DNA of 33,189 nucleotides from a virus: IMG/VR virus record IMGVR_UViG_3300045988_086940; one strand, 5' to 3'. Shown piece by piece: positions 31,650 to 33,189 of this stretch (position 1 is its first letter; each line of letters starts with the position of its first letter). The notes under the pieces were generated by a model. It saw only the letters and a program-made list of their open reading frames with translations, ran no database searches and was not told where the DNA came from. The position numbers and the translations under genes were made by a program.

Positions 31650-31853
31650 ATGGGGCAAAATATTGTATTTTGTTGTACGGTTTCAACGTTGAAAGTGCCT
31701 AAAAATGCGATATTTCGCAGTAGTTTGTACCTATTTATATGCATTGAGTAGCCGGCCAGCGGCATTGAACTTAATCTCTGAATTCCTTGTAAATCCAGTG
31801 TTTACAAGGGGTTTAGAGATTTTTTATTGTGTTTATGGGGCACAAATGGGGCA
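31650..31853. other. attP-like region with ATGGGGCA arm-type repeats
   Basis: atggggca at 31650-31657, 31835-31842 and 31846-31853 (the last two 11 bp apart). 9-bp stem hairpin ccttgtaaa/tttacaagg at 31785-31809. Non-coding, adjacent to the integrase 3' end. Confidence 0.45.
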
Positions 31854-31855
31854 AA

Positions 31856-32953
31856 CTATAAAATTTTTAACTCCCTTAGCTGTTCGTTTCGCTTATTTTC
31901 TAATTTCTTTGTGACGTGGAGATAAATTTCTTTTGTAACTCTGCTGTCATTATGCCCAAGTCTTTTTGAGATACTGTCAATGTCAACTCCTTGTTCCATC
32001 AGTAAACTGGCATGTGTATGTCGGAGCGTGTGCGGAGTGATTCTCCGCCCAATGATTCGCTCAGATGTTTCACGTAAATATTTAGCGTAGCAATCGAAGT
32101 TGATGTGTTCTTTCGTTGTTCCAGGGAAGAAAGCTGTGCTGAATGTCACTACAGTGCCTTTGTGGTAGCATAGGAGCACGTTTCTACAGACCGTAAGTAA
32201 CTCGTCTTGAATATATACATCTCGCACAGAACACGGTGTCTTTGGGCTTGTAACGATGTCAGCTACATTGTCATACGTTTTCGTTACATGAATTTTCCTA
32301 TTTTTCAAATCAACATCAGAAGTGTTCAGAGCTGCAGCCTCGCCAAATCGAAGACCAGACAAGGCGAGAAATTCAGTAAGCAACTTCCATTCTACAACGG
32401 TCATTCCGGCAACCAGTTCCTTTAGCTCCGATGCTTCAACGAATTTGTTCTCTATCTTTTGCCGATGAGGTATATCACTGAAACGCTCTATCTTTCCGAG
32501 ATAAGATATGTCTGCAATATAATCATTCTTGTATCCCCAACGTAACAACGCTTTTAATCTGATCATCCATTCGTTTAGAGTGCTGTGCTCGCTACCAGTG
32601 CCGAGAAAACGTTCTCTGATGTATCCGGCTGTCAGCTTGTCGACATAGACATCTTTGTCAAGAATACTCATAAGCGTGTTACACACGGCACTGTTCCTTC
32701 TGTAAGTAGATTGTTTAAGTGTCTTGACTTGTTCTTTTCTGTACAGCTCGACAAGGTCTTTTAAACGGATCCTGTCCACTTGCGGTGTGAGGGCACTCTC
32801 AATTTTATCTGACAGAGTCAGTGCTGCCATTTTACGATTCTTTGCTGTGTTTTTATCCATTACAACAGCTACTCGTTTTGACTTCCCGGTCATTGGATCG
32901 GTGTAGCGTTCCACAAATTTGTACTTGCCATTCTTTAATTCTTCAACCCACAT
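31856..32953 (-). CDS. int: Tyrosine recombinase / phage integrase
   Basis: N-terminal arm-binding-like MWVEELKNGKYKFVERYTDPMTGKSKR. Catalytic region with ALSGLRFGEAAAL, HTLRHTHASLL and RLGH......IYLH. The likely start ATG 32953 follows RBS gaaaggaag. The track ORF extends to 33052. Confidence 0.9.
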   Translation of the reverse strand: MWVEELKNGKYKFVERYTDPMTGKSKRVAVVMDKNTAKNRKMAALTLSDKIESALTPQVDRIRLKDLVELYRKEQVKTLKQSTYRRNSAVCNTLMSILDKDVYVDKLTAGYIRERFLGTGSEHSTLNEWMIRLKALLRWGYKNDYIADISYLGKIERFSDIPHRQKIENKFVEASELKELVAGMTVVEWKLLTEFLALSGLRFGEAAALNTSDVDLKNRKIHVTKTYDNVADIVTSPKTPCSVRDVYIQDELLTVCRNVLLCYHKGTVVTFSTAFFPGTTKEHINFDCYAKYLRETSERIIGRRITPHTLRHTHASLLMEQGVDIDSISKRLGHNDSRVTKEIYLHVTKKLENKRNEQLRELKIL

Positions 32954-33134
32954 AATCATCTTCCTTTCTATATTTGAGTACAAAAATAACAGCCCCACAA
33001 CAGAACAACAGTTCTGCTTGTATGACTGCTCCGAAGATGATACAATATTCATTGGATTTTGGAGTATCTCTTCGGAGTTACTAAAAGAAGCACATTGGCG
33101 TGTGTTTCTTCCAGTTGACCGTTCCTGTTGGCGC

Positions 33135-33189
33135 AGGAGTGAAAAAGCAATGGAAGTTCAGATGACACTTATCATTAAAAGAGAACAAA
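33135..33189. repeat. Terminal direct repeat, copy 2 (identical to 1-55)
   Basis: Exact 55/55 identity with the window start. Confidence 0.95.

Larger units (their letters stand above)
1..33189. mobile_element. Complete temperate siphovirus-type phage genome, circularly permuted assembly (33,134 bp unique plus 55 bp overlap)
   Basis: Full set of phage modules is present (integrase, early genes, packaging, head, tail, lysis). There is no host flanking DNA. The two ends are identical over 55 bp. Confidence 0.85.

Noticed and set aside
33001-33077. Dyads upstream of int (cagaac-aaca-gttctg; ctccgaaga...tcttcggag with a 31-nt loop)
   Set aside because: These are plausible regulatory structures in the int/XRE divergent region, but the arms are short and no repeated operator pattern links them to other sites. 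I kept this as a note only.

Overview
The window is a complete, circularly assembled genome of a temperate siphovirus-type phage from a Firmicutes/Clostridia-like host. The first 55 bases are identical to the last 55, leaving 33,134 bp of unique sequence. The GC content is moderate, about 40-45% by eye.

Gene order is modular, and almost all genes are on the + strand:
- lysogeny/early control: XRE HTH and operator palindromes
- recombination and replication: Sak3/DUF1071 SSAP, NinB-like protein, Ref-like HNH derivative, PD-(D/E)xK resolvase, replisome organizer with internal iterons
- an orphan C5 cytosine methyltransferase
- morons
- a sigma-region-4-like late activator
- a self-contained hicA-hicB-secB-like cassette
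- tRNA-Met(CAT)
- HNH endonuclease, a GC-rich candidate cos region, and TerS/TerL
- portal, a MuF head protein with a C-terminal HExxH domain, scaffold and major capsid
- connectors, major tail protein, gpG/gpGT (-1 frameshift) and tape measure
- Dit, a Tal-like protein and a fibre/adhesin cluster
- two membrane proteins and an NlpC/P60 endolysin
- an attP-like region and a tyrosine integrase (- strand)

The most interesting observations:
1. The tail-fibre gene 26224..27078 carries a promoterless alternative C-terminal cassette on the opposite strand. The cassette is bounded by in-frame 26-bp inverted repeats. This resembles an intragenic inverton or the Mu G segment, but no dedicated invertase is present.
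2. A phage-borne tripartite toxin-antitoxin-chaperone (TAC-like) cassette.
3. A MuF-HExxH polymorphic-toxin-like fusion followed by a coupled small ORF.
4. A two-gene moron bracketed by perfect 16-bp inverted repeats.

All functional calls come from motif recognition by eye. No searches were run.
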